Shown here: one piece after another, positions 20,382 to 29,763 of the stretch
Position numbering within the stretch: position 1 is the first letter of the stretch
Layout: each line of letters opens with the position of its first letter
Source of the DNA: Pirellulales bacterium
Lineage (GTDB): Bacteria; Planctomycetota; Planctomycetia; Pirellulales; JADZDJ01
Assembly: GCA_963719205.1 (NCBI GenBank)
Contig: CAVRAW010000001.1
Span: 258,639-322,638 of the forward strand
Direction: 5' to 3'
DNA length: 64,000 nt
Program-made: the position numbers and the translations under genes
Notes under the pieces: generated by a model
Seen by the model: the letters and a program-made list of their open reading frames with translations, nothing else
Databases searched by the model: none
What the model was told of the DNA's origin: nothing

Positions 20382-21341
20382 CTATTTCCGGACGGGAAAT
20401 CCCAATTTCTTATTGACAACGTTGAGCAATGCATCTCCTGCCTGATAGCGGCGCAGGTTCTCGCAAAAGAAGATGGTCATATTATCGATGCGCCAGCGGC
20501 TTTGGCCCGCGACGTGCGGCGTGATGATCACGTTGGGAAGATTCCACAACTTGCTGCTGGTCGGCAGCGGTTCTTCAGCGGCGACGTCGAGGCAGGCCCC
20601 GCCAAGTTGTCCCGATTCTAGCGCCGCTACCAAATCGTCCTCCACCACCAGCTTCCCTCTCGCCATATTTGCCAGAATGGCGCCCGGCTTCAGCCGCGCC
20701 AGAGCGCGCTTATCGATCATCCACCGCGTTTGATCCGTCAGCGGCACACACAGGATCAACACATCGACCTGAGGCAGCATCTCCTCCAGCCGATCGGGCG
20801 GCCACAGTTCCGCCACGTGCGGCGACTTATCGACCGGAAACATGTCGGTCGCCAAAATCCGCGTTTTGAACGCCGAAAGCAATTCCGCCACTCGCCGCCC
20901 CACGCCCCCAAATCCCACGATGCCCACCGTGGCATGGTGCAAATCGCGCGTCGGCCGCCGAATGTATTCCTTCGCCTGTTGCGCACGATAAAACACCGGC
21001 AGGCTGCGCAGCAAGCCGGTGACGAGCGCGATCGTGTGCTCCGCCACCTGATCGGCCAGCACTCCCGAGGCGCTGGTGACGATGATCGGCGACTCCACCA
21101 CGCTGGGCACGAGGCAATGGTCCAGCCCTGCGGCCGACGATTGAATCCATTTCAGCCGGCCCTGGCGCACGATGCCATCCCAATCGACTGGCACTTTTTC
21201 GTGCCCGCAGTACACGTCGCATTCGAACAGCTCCGCGGCCACCCGATCCTGTCCGGCGTCGCAGATTTCCGCCGCCGGCGCCGCGGCCTGAATTTGGGCC
21301 ACGTGGCGCGGCTCAACCGGATAACAAAGCACAATGCGCAT
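20382..21341 (-). CDS. D-isomer-specific 2-hydroxyacid dehydrogenase family protein
   Basis: ..ATVGIVGFGGVGRRVAELL.. is the NAD-binding GxGxxG. ..LILCVPLT..T..MI and ..ANMARG..V.E..L..AL..G.LGGA.LDV...EPLP..S.LW..PNVIITPHVAG match the family signature. Confidence 0.85.
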   Translation of the reverse strand: MRIVLCYPVEPRHVAQIQAAAPAAEICDAGQDRVAAELFECDVYCGHEKVPVDWDGIVRQGRLKWIQSSAAGLDHCLVPSVVESPIIVTSASGVLADQVAEHTIALVTGLLRSLPVFYRAQQAKEYIRRPTRDLHHATVGIVGFGGVGRRVAELLSAFKTRILATDMFPVDKSPHVAELWPPDRLEEMLPQVDVLILCVPLTDQTRWMIDKRALARLKPGAILANMARGKLVVEDDLVAALESGQLGGACLDVAAEEPLPTSSKLWNLPNVIITPHVAGQSRWRIDNMTIFFCENLRRYQAGDALLNVVNKKLGFPVRK

Positions 21342-21553
21342 GGATTACGATTCTCGCGGGCTGAAAACACCCATCCTACCCTCAACACCGGCATCTACCC
21401 AGCGTCGACCGGACTGCTTCTGCCGCGAATAACGACGATGCGCGGTGCGCAAAGTTCGCATAGGGCGCGAGTTGGGCGAGATGCGCTCGTTCCATTCACA
21501 TCGAGGGGACGTCTGCGACGATGAACGAACTGGGATTCCCGCGGAGAAAATGC

Positions 21554-22198
21554 ATGTTCAAACGCACCTTAACCTTTGCCGCCGTGATGGGGGCCGCCGT
21601 CGGCATCCCCTATGTCTCCAGTCAGTGGTCGCAAATCAAAGCCAATTTCACCGGCGGTTCCAGCACGGGCAGCTATGCCCTGCCCCGCACCGCCTCGTAC
21701 TCTCCGTCGACCACGCCGCAGGTCATCACGCCTTGGCAAGCCACGGACACCTCGCGGGAGGAAACACCGATCGTCGAAATGAACGACGCTTTCAGCTTTG
21801 ATGTCACGCCGTCTTGGGTGATGACGCGCTGGCCGCGCGTCACCGCCGGCCTGATCGACGACAAATATCAGGGCCTCCGCGTACCGTTGATCACCGGCAT
21901 GCGGGAAGACGATTTGGCCGGCTCGATCACTTACTATTTCACGCAATCGCAGAAGTGCGCCAAGATCACCTTCTCCGGAGGCACGGGTGATCCGCGGCGA
22001 TCGACCAACGGCTTCATCGAAAAATTCGGCTTCAAGCCGTTCCCCGGCGACCAGCCCGGCACGCAGCGCTATCAAATCCGTTGGAACGGCAAGGCGCAAA
22101 GCGAGCTGACGGTTCGCCCCGCCGCCGTGGTCCGCACCTCCACGCCCTATTCGCGCTACGACGTGCAATTGATGGTCACCAATCCGTCGGCGCGGTAG
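21554..22198 (+). CDS. Hypothetical secreted protein
   Basis: The ORF spans 21521..22198. ATG 21554 has ggaga 7 nt upstream and yields MFKRTLTFAAVMGAAVGIPYVSS (signal-like). No family recognised. Confidence 0.6.
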   Translation: MFKRTLTFAAVMGAAVGIPYVSSQWSQIKANFTGGSSTGSYALPRTASYSPSTTPQVITPWQATDTSREETPIVEMNDAFSFDVTPSWVMTRWPRVTAGLIDDKYQGLRVPLITGMREDDLAGSITYYFTQSQKCAKITFSGGTGDPRRSTNGFIEKFGFKPFPGDQPGTQRYQIRWNGKAQSELTVRPAAVVRTSTPYSRYDVQLMVTNPSAR

Positions 22199-22250
22199 CA
22201 TCACGCAAGATCTCACGTGGCTACTTCGCGCACTGGTTCGTGGCTCCAAC

Positions 22251-23213
22251 ATGTCCAGCCAACCTGTCGATCCGCTCTCGATGGGCCCGGTCTCAGCGAC
22301 CGAACTGCCGTTCGTATTGCGGCTGCTGTTTGATCGACTCGATCCGCAGGTTCGCGCGGCGCAAATTGCAGCCGTTCTCGCCAGCATCGATGAATCAAGT
22401 GGTCAAAACCAAATTCTGGCGGCTGGCCGCCGTCGAGGACAGATCGTGGCCGCCGTGTGGCTGCAAATCCGGCCCGGGCGCGTCGGCTCATTGCAATCGA
22501 TTGGCATAGCCGAGCAGGAGCCTGACGAAACTGCCATCGAACTGATTCAAATGGCGGTGTCGCGGGCGCTGGTCGCCGGCGTAAATTTCGTGCAATCGCT
22601 GACGGAAACCGATGCTGGCCGCCTGGCCCGCTGGTTGCAAAGCAGCGGATTTCAACACGCCGCCGATTTGCTGTATCTAGCCAGCCCGCGCACGACGTTT
22701 CCACCGATCAGAATTCCATCGAAGTTGGAATTTCAACCGTTCGGCGAATCGACGGCTGCATCGGCCCGCCTGGCGCAAGTCATCGAACAAACGTGCCAAG
22801 ACTCGGAAGACTGCCCGGCAATCCACGGCGTGCATCCCATTGGCGATGCCTTGACGAGCTTCAAGGCCACCGGCGAATTTGATCCCTCGCGCTGGTTCAT
22901 CGTGCGAAAAGAACAATTCGACATCGGCTGCCTGCTGCTTACGGAACAACCTGCATCGTCATTCCCCATTCCGCATTCCCCACTCCCCAATCACGCGAGG
23001 TGGGAACTGATTTACATGGGCCTGGTTCCCGAAGCACGCGGACACGGCTATGGGATTGAAATCGTGCGCCATGCGCAGTGGGTCGCGGGCCGGGCGCGTG
23101 CGGCACGCCTGGAGTTAGCGGTGGATGCGGCCAACGAACCTGCAATTCGCGTGTATTCGGCGGCCGGATTCGAAACATGGGATCGCCGCAGCGTGTTTCT
23201 CCGCACGAAATGA
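22251..23213 (+). CDS. GNAT-family N-acetyltransferase (two-lobed)
   Basis: The C-terminal lobe ..LIYMGLVPEARGHGYGIEIVRHAQ...LELAVDAANEPAIRVYSAAGFE.. has the GNAT motif A (R/Q-x-x-G-x-G/A). Confidence 0.7.
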   Translation: MSSQPVDPLSMGPVSATELPFVLRLLFDRLDPQVRAAQIAAVLASIDESSGQNQILAAGRRRGQIVAAVWLQIRPGRVGSLQSIGIAEQEPDETAIELIQMAVSRALVAGVNFVQSLTETDAGRLARWLQSSGFQHAADLLYLASPRTTFPPIRIPSKLEFQPFGESTAASARLAQVIEQTCQDSEDCPAIHGVHPIGDALTSFKATGEFDPSRWFIVRKEQFDIGCLLLTEQPASSFPIPHSPLPNHARWELIYMGLVPEARGHGYGIEIVRHAQWVAGRARAARLELAVDAANEPAIRVYSAAGFETWDRRSVFLRTK

Positions 23214-23521
23214 TTTCGCGCCGTAAAAAAGCTGCGTTTTTCCCGAGACGCAACGAAATATCGCGCCGCCGGCAATCCGCACCACCTCCCTTGCGATCAA
23301 AAACCATCGGGATTTCTCGAAGTTTTCCGGCTTTGCGAAATGCGCCAGCGCGCGGCTCGCTGAACTAGATTTTGAGTCCGAACAATTTCTCCACGCCTCG
23401 CGGATGGCCGCGAAAAAAATTTTCGTCCACGCCGCGGCGAACATCTCGCGATTTTCTCGGAGAATTTTGTGCGCAGGTCGCGCACAAATCACGTCGGTCG
23501 GAAAAAACACATTCGGGTGGT

Positions 23522-23549
23522 TTGACAGCATCGCCAGCATGCGTACAAT
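23522..23549 (+). promoter_or_regulatory. Sigma70-type promoter upstream of dnaA
   Basis: TTGACA (23522-23527), a 16-nt spacer, then TACAAT (23544-23549), about 170 nt upstream of the dnaA ATG. It lies in a visibly AT-richer intergenic stretch. Confidence 0.6.
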
Positions 23550-23717
23550 CGGCGACTTCAGTTGACATTTTTACCCGCAATCATCCGACGGCTCCGCCGT
23601 TGATAGGGCGTTTCTCTCCGCCGCGTAGTGTCCAGTCAGGTTTTTAAGTCGCAGCCATGACGGTGCGATTAGCGGAGCGGTGCGCGCCGTTGTTTCAGCA
23701 CGGTCAGGAATCGACCA

Positions 23718-25223
23718 ATGAGCGATAAGGATATCGTGTCGGCCGTGCGGGCAAACCTGGCCGACAAAATCGGGCGGGATCGTTTTGATGTCTGGTTCGG
23801 TCCCGCCACACGGCTCACGTTCGACGGCAAGGCGCTGGTTGTCGAGGCCGCTTCGAAGTTCTCGCGCGATTGGCTGCGCACCCATTACCGCCGCCAGATC
23901 GAGGCCGCCTGCGGCGCGGCGGCGGGCAACGCTGTGGCGGTGGAGTTCCGCGTTGACGAATCGCTGACCGCCCAGCAGCGCCGTTGCAGTGCCTCTCAGC
24001 CCTGCCTCTCAACTGCCGTCGACTCTGCCACGCACCCCGCCGGACATGCCCGCCCTGAACCGGCGATCGCCAGCCCCGCAAGCATCCGGCTTCATCGAGC
24101 CGCCGCCGGCGCCGCAATCGCCGCGCCTTATCCCAAACCCGCAGCCAGTGGCAACACCCCGAAAAATGCAGCTGACCAAATCAGCCGCCGTCGCTTTGCC
24201 ACGCTCGAGTCGTTCGTGATCGGGCAAACCAACCGGCTGGCTCAGGCTTCGGCCCAAATGGTCGCCGAGCGCCCCGGCTGTTTGACGCCATTGATGGTGT
24301 ACGGTCCCACAGGCTGCGGGAAAACGCATTTATTGGAAGGCGTCTTCTCGGCCACGCGTCGCCGCCCCCCGGCCCTCAACGCAGTCTATCTGGCGGCCGA
24401 GCAGTTCACCACCTTGTTTGTCGAGGCCTTGCGTGGCAGCGGCCTGCCCAGCTTTCGCCGCAAGTATCGCGGGGTCGATCTCTTGATCATCGACGACTTG
24501 CAGTTTCTGGTGCGCGCCAGGGCGACTCGCATCGAGCTGTTGCACACCATCGACGCCTTGGCGCGCGAGGGTCGGCAACTGGTCTTCTCGGCCGATCGGC
24601 CCCCCGCGGAACTTAGCGAATTGGGTCCGGAATTGACCACGCGGCTGGCCGGCGGAATGGTTTGCAAAATGGAACCGCCCGATTTGCACACTCGCATCGG
24701 GCTGGTGCACCATTTCGCCAACCGACTGGAAATCGATCTGCCCGACGACGTGGCCCAATACACGGCCGCTCAAATCACCGCCGGCGCGCGAGAAATTTCC
24801 GGCGCCGTTAATCGTCTGCACGCCGCCAGCCGCATGTTCAAACGCGCGCTCGACCTGCCGTTGGCCGAGGAATCGCTGTCCGACTGCATCCGCCACGCCA
24901 CACGCGGTGTTCGGCTGGCCGACATCGAACGCGCGGTTTGCGAAGTGTTCGGTCTGCCGACCGAAAGTCTGCAGACCAACCGCCGCACCAAAAACGTGAG
25001 CACGCCGCGGATGCTGGCCATGTGGTTGGCCCGCAAACACACCCGCGCGGGACTATCGGAAATCGGCCAATATTTCGGCCGCCGCAGCCACAGCACGGTG
25101 ATCTCAGCCCAAAAGCGCGTGGCCGACCTGCTAGCCAAGCAAATGCAAGTCGATCTCTCTGATCGCCCCTGCGTGATGGATGAAGCCATCCGCCGCGTGG
25201 AAGAAAAGCTCCGCGCCGGTTAG
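23718..25223 (+). CDS. dnaA: Chromosomal replication initiator protein DnaA
   Basis: The N-terminal DnaA domain I-like sequence is followed by a low-complexity linker. The AAA+ core has LMVYGPTGCGKTHLL, DLLIIDDLQFL and ..RLAGGMV.. The C-terminal DNA-binding domain has ..PRMLAMWLARKHT..SEIGQYFGRRSHSTVISAQKRV. Confidence 0.95.
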   Translation: MSDKDIVSAVRANLADKIGRDRFDVWFGPATRLTFDGKALVVEAASKFSRDWLRTHYRRQIEAACGAAAGNAVAVEFRVDESLTAQQRRCSASQPCLSTAVDSATHPAGHARPEPAIASPASIRLHRAAAGAAIAAPYPKPAASGNTPKNAADQISRRRFATLESFVIGQTNRLAQASAQMVAERPGCLTPLMVYGPTGCGKTHLLEGVFSATRRRPPALNAVYLAAEQFTTLFVEALRGSGLPSFRRKYRGVDLLIIDDLQFLVRARATRIELLHTIDALAREGRQLVFSADRPPAELSELGPELTTRLAGGMVCKMEPPDLHTRIGLVHHFANRLEIDLPDDVAQYTAAQITAGAREISGAVNRLHAASRMFKRALDLPLAEESLSDCIRHATRGVRLADIERAVCEVFGLPTESLQTNRRTKNVSTPRMLAMWLARKHTRAGLSEIGQYFGRRSHSTVISAQKRVADLLAKQMQVDLSDRPCVMDEAIRRVEEKLRAG

Positions 25224-25233
25224 TCCACGAGCG

Positions 25234-26370
25234 CTATTTCACCCGCTGCATGTAGCGCAGAAATTCCGCATCCAGTGCCGATAGATCGTCACCAAAGCAT
25301 TGCTGAAATTCTTTCAGCCGCTGGGCCGAATCGCCCCATACCATCGGCCCCTTCGCCGATTGCAGCTCCGTGAACGCCTGGTATTCCTTGGCGTGCTGCC
25401 GCAGCAGAAAGTACGTCAGCGCCCAGGCCTCGGCGTACGCATCGAGCGATGTGCGCGGATCGCGCAACCGCGCGTCCTCCGAAATCAAGCTCACCAGCGA
25501 GTTGGCCGGCCGGCGGCTGAGATATTCGCGGAACCGTGCCAACCGCGGCCGGTTCACTTCTCCCAACGTTCGCCAACCCTTGGTGCTATTCAGATCGGGC
25601 GTCTCGAAATACATCGCCAGCCCTTCGCTCAGCCACAGCGGCACGTCGGCGAAGCGTTGCTCCAATCCACAGTTGAAAGCAATTTGATGCGTGGCCTCGT
25701 GAATCACAGTCGCCACCATCGACTCGGCCTCCGGGTGCGAAAGAATCTGAATGATCTGCGCCAGGTTGCCGCGTTTCTCGTTGCCAGTGCGCAACTGCTC
25801 CATGCCCGTCAAATCATACATGTTCACCCGATTGCTGCGCAGACTATAGAAGCCGACAATGCTCTTCGCACTCGAGCCCAACTCATCAGCCGTGTAGCGG
25901 GCAAAACCTTCGCGGTCGGCGAAGATCAGCACCACCAGCGGCATCTCCGGCGGGTGCAATTTGAATCCATGATGCTCGAAGAATGTGGTGAAGCCCAGAT
26001 ATAGCCGTTCGAACAGCGCCCCGCACCACTGGGCATAAGCCTTCGACGTGTTGTAGCAGATCAAATAATGAACCGTGTTGTGGATTTCAAATCCCGGCAG
26101 CTCAGCCTGCAGTTTCTTGCCGAGCGCTTCGGCCGAAAGCGGCGCGAACGGCTGCTCGTCCTGCGAATGCCGGACGAGTTCTTCCGGCGGCACGGCCCAT
26201 AGCACGCCATCAGGAGTGAGCACCATCAGCCCGCCGTCGGCAGCCGTTACGACCGTTTTGCCCGTGAGAGTTGTGGTTTTGTCGTCGTGCTTGAAAACCA
26301 CGTTGTCGACGCCTCGTGTCGGCGTTGCAAACGCCAATAGCAAGGCGTAGATGCACACGACGAAGTACAC
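25234..26370 (-). CDS. DUF1570-like secreted protein with HExxH metalloprotease-type motif
   Basis: Signal peptide MYFVVCIYALLLAFATPTRG. VIHEATHQIAF is an HExxH motif. The family name is recalled from planctomycete annotations, not searched. Confidence 0.75.
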   Translation of the reverse strand: MYFVVCIYALLLAFATPTRGVDNVVFKHDDKTTTLTGKTVVTAADGGLMVLTPDGVLWAVPPEELVRHSQDEQPFAPLSAEALGKKLQAELPGFEIHNTVHYLICYNTSKAYAQWCGALFERLYLGFTTFFEHHGFKLHPPEMPLVVLIFADREGFARYTADELGSSAKSIVGFYSLRSNRVNMYDLTGMEQLRTGNEKRGNLAQIIQILSHPEAESMVATVIHEATHQIAFNCGLEQRFADVPLWLSEGLAMYFETPDLNSTKGWRTLGEVNRPRLARFREYLSRRPANSLVSLISEDARLRDPRTSLDAYAEAWALTYFLLRQHAKEYQAFTELQSAKGPMVWGDSAQRLKEFQQCFGDDLSALDAEFLRYMQRVK

Positions 26371-26462
26371 TTGCGCGCGAGAGCCTGCATATCTCTATGA
26401 TAGCTCGGCCCGAAGAAGCCCGGAACGCAGATTTCGCGCGGCATCTTTGAAGCGAATGCCGC

Positions 26463-26873
26463 TCAATTCGCGTCGCCGCCCGATATTTTTTCTTCGACCT
26501 TGTCGGCCTGCCAGGCGACAGCGGTGATTACTTTGGTCACTGCTAGCGGATCGGCGGTGGCGGTCAACTGATTGGCACGCACCACGATCACGTCGCCCGC
26601 CGGCGACGGTTCCACGGCAAACGCGCCGTGCACCATCTGCGTGTTGAACTTCAAAAGCTCCATTGCGTTTTGCTGATTGGCCGGGCCACAAACGGAGCTG
26701 AACGCCAAGATCGGATTCCCCTCGGCGTCTTTGGCATCGAACCGCGCGGTCACGCGCTGTTTGCGCAATGGGCCGACGGGCACCACAATCTGCCACTGCT
26801 CGCCCGACTCGGTCACCTGCCACCCCGACGATTGTGCCACACTGCGCACTAATTGCTTCGGGTCGCTCACCAT
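26463..26873 (-). CDS. YbjN / T3SS-chaperone-like domain protein (possibly the C-terminal domain of the upstream SPFH protein)
   Basis: ATG 26873 overlaps the SPFH stop (ATGGTGA). The ORF itself is open up to 26933. The sequence ..[42 protein letters not shown]...[15 protein letters not shown].. resembles YbjN-like domains, but this is tentative. Confidence 0.55.
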   Translation of the reverse strand: MVSDPKQLVRSVAQSSGWQVTESGEQWQIVVPVGPLRKQRVTARFDAKDAEGNPILAFSSVCGPANQQNAMELLKFNTQMVHGAFAVEPSPAGDVIVVRANQLTATADPLAVTKVITAVAWQADKVEEKISGGDAN

Positions 26874-27841
26874 CGGTTGCACTTTGGCCAAATCCGGCAC
26901 GGCGACGGCGGCTCCTGCGCCCATCGGGCGCATCCGCCAGCTTGCGGTGCACTGGCTGGCGCTTGCATGCCCGCCTGCTGCTGCGTCGCCTGCATGGCTT
27001 GTTGCAACATTCCAGGGAACATCATGCCGTAGCCGGCGCCCATTCCCATGCCCATCGCGCCGGCGCCCAGGCCCCCGCCTCCGCCTTGCTTGGCCATCTC
27101 GGCCATGCTGTTGGCGGCTTGGTACATCGTGAAGGCCTGCAACCCGCCTAGCGCACCGATGCGGCTGCGAGCGTTGATCGCTTCCTGCACGTCGTCCGGC
27201 GGCGTGATGGCGTTGATGATGAAATCGACCAGTTCCAGTCCATACTTGCTGAAGTCGTCGGCCACCTTGGCCTTGGTGCCGGCTTCAATCTCCTGCCCCT
27301 TGGCTTGCAGATCGAACACGCCCAAGCCTACCGCGGCCAGTAGATCGCGCAACCGCGCCACGATCACGTCTTTCAAGAACGACGCCACCTGGTCGGTCGT
27401 GTATTTTCCCTGCGTGCCGACCAGCGTGTTCAGCAAGAGCGGCGAATCGACCACGCGGAACGAGTATTTTCCATTGGCGCGCAACTGCACCATGCCGCCG
27501 AACTCGGCGTCGCGCAGCGGAATCGGCTGCGGCGTGCCCCACTTTTGATCCAGAAACGTCTGTTTGCCGAAGAAGTAAACCTGCGCCTGGAATGGAGATT
27601 TCTCCCACGCAATGGTGAGAATGCGCGTGATCAGCGGCACGTTTTGCGTGGTCAGCGTGTGGCGCCCAGGGCCGAAGCAATCCAACGCCTTGCCGTCGCG
27701 GAAAAACACCGCTTCCTGGTTTTGCTGCACGATGAGCTGCGCCGCCAGCTTGATGTCTGCCGATCCCTCCGGCGGCACGCGCTGAACAAGCGATGTGTTT
27801 GTATCGTCGAAAAACTCAATGACTTCCAGGTGAACAGCCAT
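26867..27841 (-). CDS. SPFH/band-7 protein of the 'virion core protein-like' (COG4260) type
   Basis: [67 protein letters not shown].. matches that family as I recall it. It is followed by a Gly/Met/Gln-rich linker, and the last ~25 codons look like out-of-frame sequence. Confidence 0.8.
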   Translation of the reverse strand: MAVHLEVIEFFDDTNTSLVQRVPPEGSADIKLAAQLIVQQNQEAVFFRDGKALDCFGPGRHTLTTQNVPLITRILTIAWEKSPFQAQVYFFGKQTFLDQKWGTPQPIPLRDAEFGGMVQLRANGKYSFRVVDSPLLLNTLVGTQGKYTTDQVASFLKDVIVARLRDLLAAVGLGVFDLQAKGQEIEAGTKAKVADDFSKYGLELVDFIINAITPPDDVQEAINARSRIGALGGLQAFTMYQAANSMAEMAKQGGGGGLGAGAMGMGMGAGYGMMFPGMLQQAMQATQQQAGMQAPASAPQAGGCARWAQEPPSPCRIWPKCNRW

Positions 27842-27900
27842 GATTTTGACCCACGTTTACAAGATGAGTTTTGCCCCCGCCCTACTTCCGACTTTCGACC

Positions 27901-28407
27901 CTACTCCAGCCCTTTCGGAATGTCTTGCCGCCCATCGATCGCCTGCTCCACTTGTCCCAACTGATCGTTCAGTGCGTCCAGCGGCGGCGCATCGGCGGCG
28001 GCGTGTTCCAGCTTTTCAATGTTGCCCGCCAGCTCTTCGACCGCGTCCATCGTTTTCACGTCATGCTGATAGACGCTGTCGAGCCGCGCCTCGTCGATCT
28101 GCACTAAATCGAAAAATCCGCTGTAGCCTTGCATGCCGCCGCGCAGCCGGCCCATCACCTTGTCCAGCCGCGCCCGGAAGCGATCCAGTTGCGCCAGTAT
28201 ATCGAGCTTGCGGGCATCAACCAGTGTGCGGCCGTAGGCATCGAGCGCGCGCTTGGAGCGCTGCAGTCGGTCGGCCAGCCATCCGCGCTGCAAGGCATCG
28301 CTATCGCGGCGATATTCCTTTTCCAGATATCCCTTGAAACCGGGGATCCGCCGGCCGATGCTTTCGATCCACCCACGGCTTTGGGCGTGTTGGCGTGGTT
28401 CAGGCAT
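27901..28407 (-). CDS. Hypothetical coiled-coil protein, first gene of the SPFH operon
   Basis: The ORF spans 27901..28518. I start it at ATG 28407 (MPEPRQHAQSRGWIESIGRRIPGFKGYLEKEYRRDSD..). It is heptad-like and charged throughout. No family recognised. Confidence 0.6.
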   Translation of the reverse strand: MPEPRQHAQSRGWIESIGRRIPGFKGYLEKEYRRDSDALQRGWLADRLQRSKRALDAYGRTLVDARKLDILAQLDRFRARLDKVMGRLRGGMQGYSGFFDLVQIDEARLDSVYQHDVKTMDAVEELAGNIEKLEHAAADAPPLDALNDQLGQVEQAIDGRQDIPKGLE

Positions 28408-28746
28408 GATGTACCTCGAAGAAATCGACCCGATGAGCGCGGACTTCCAGTACCCAATAGCAATTCGCTGGCCTGCCTGCGATCTTGCCGCCGGAGGCTG
28501 TTTTGGCGCTGGCATCATAGCAGCTTTGATGGTTGTGCGGAATTAGCTGGCACACGTAACCCAAAGACCGCTGCGAGATTACGTCATCGGCCTCGGCCAA
28601 TCCACCCGAACTAGCACCGCTGGAATCGTCTTGGCCCTCTCGGCCGATTTCGCTATAGTTCGCCCGCTTGTCGGCTCGGGGTTTCCCCATGGGCCTGCGT
28701 GATTGTCTTTTCGTAGCTTGTCATTCATCAATTCCTGGTTGAAACC

Positions 28747-29458
28747 ATGCGCCGATTGCTGCGCCTTCCGTCTCGATATGCGCTTGTTGCAGCGCTCTTG
28801 GCCGCGATGGCGCTGCCGGGCTGCGGTTGGCATCAGCATCGATTCGGCGGCCCATGGCCGTTCGGCAGCGACGAAACCGCCGACCTGGCCAAGTACGGCC
28901 CCGTGGCGGTGCAGCGCGTGCAGGAAATTCAATCGCAGGCCAAGAAGGCGGCTAAGCAAGATGCCCAACAGCAGGAAGCCTTCACCGCCGACCTAGCCAA
29001 GCGAATGCAGCAAGAGACGAATTGCACGGTTCGACTGGCCATCATTTCTACGCTCACGAAATTCAATACCGCATCGGCCAACGCCGTGTTGTACGCCGGT
29101 CTGAAGGATCCCGAAGCCGATGTGCGCGTGGCGTGCTGCGAAGCATGGGGCAAGCGGCCCGGCCCGGATGCCACCCGCCTCCTTTCCGAGACTCTTTCGT
29201 CCGACACCGATCACGACGTGCGGATGGCTGCCGTCAAGGCGCGTCGGGTCGGCCGGCGATAAGCAGGCCGTCAAAGCATTGGGCATCGCCCTCGAGGATC
29301 CCGATCCTTCCATGCAGTACGTGGCCGTGGCAAGCATGAAGAGCGTCACCGGCCAGAACCTGGGAACCGACGTGAACGCCTGGCGCGAAATGGCCAAGCG
29401 TGACGATCCTCCGGTGCGAAGCAAAACCATCGCCTCGCGCCTTTGGAATCTGTTCTAA
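28747..29458 (+). pseudogene. HEAT-repeat lipoprotein, frameshifted
   Basis: Lipobox ..LLAAMALPGCG. HEAT-like ..GLKDPEADVRVACCEAWG.. and ..SDTDHDVRMAAVKA (ORF 28747..29262) continue as ..VGSAGDKQAVKALGIALEDPDPSMQYVAVASMKSVTG.. (ORF 29120..29458). The break is at aagGCGCGtcgg ~29239-29262. Confidence 0.7.
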
Positions 29459-29763
29459 CAGCGCCCTCGCCTCTCGACCCTTCTGGCAAACTCTGCCGAA
29501 TCTTCCGGCCGCGCCGCACCTAGATTCACTGTGCGCAAATCCCGCTCCGCGCAACACATGTGAGGTTCGCAAGGCTAGTGCGGGCGGTGGGCCGCCGGAT
29601 CAAATCTTGCCTGCCGCGGTCCGATATTTCTACTCGGAAGTCTGTGGCTAGTTTGGAATTCCGGCACGGACGGTCACCCCGGATAAACGCTTCAGCCGGC
29701 AGACGCCCCACGGTGCGCACGCACCATCCTTCCGACCGTCCGTTCCTCCTGGAGCTTTCCTAC

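Noticed and set aside
23115-23540. A 141-aa minus-strand ORF and several 60-90-aa ORFs covering the dnaA upstream region.
   Set aside because: They overlap the 3' end of the GNAT gene and the promoter. They have low third-position GC and low-complexity or odd composition. The region is better explained as regulatory non-coding DNA.
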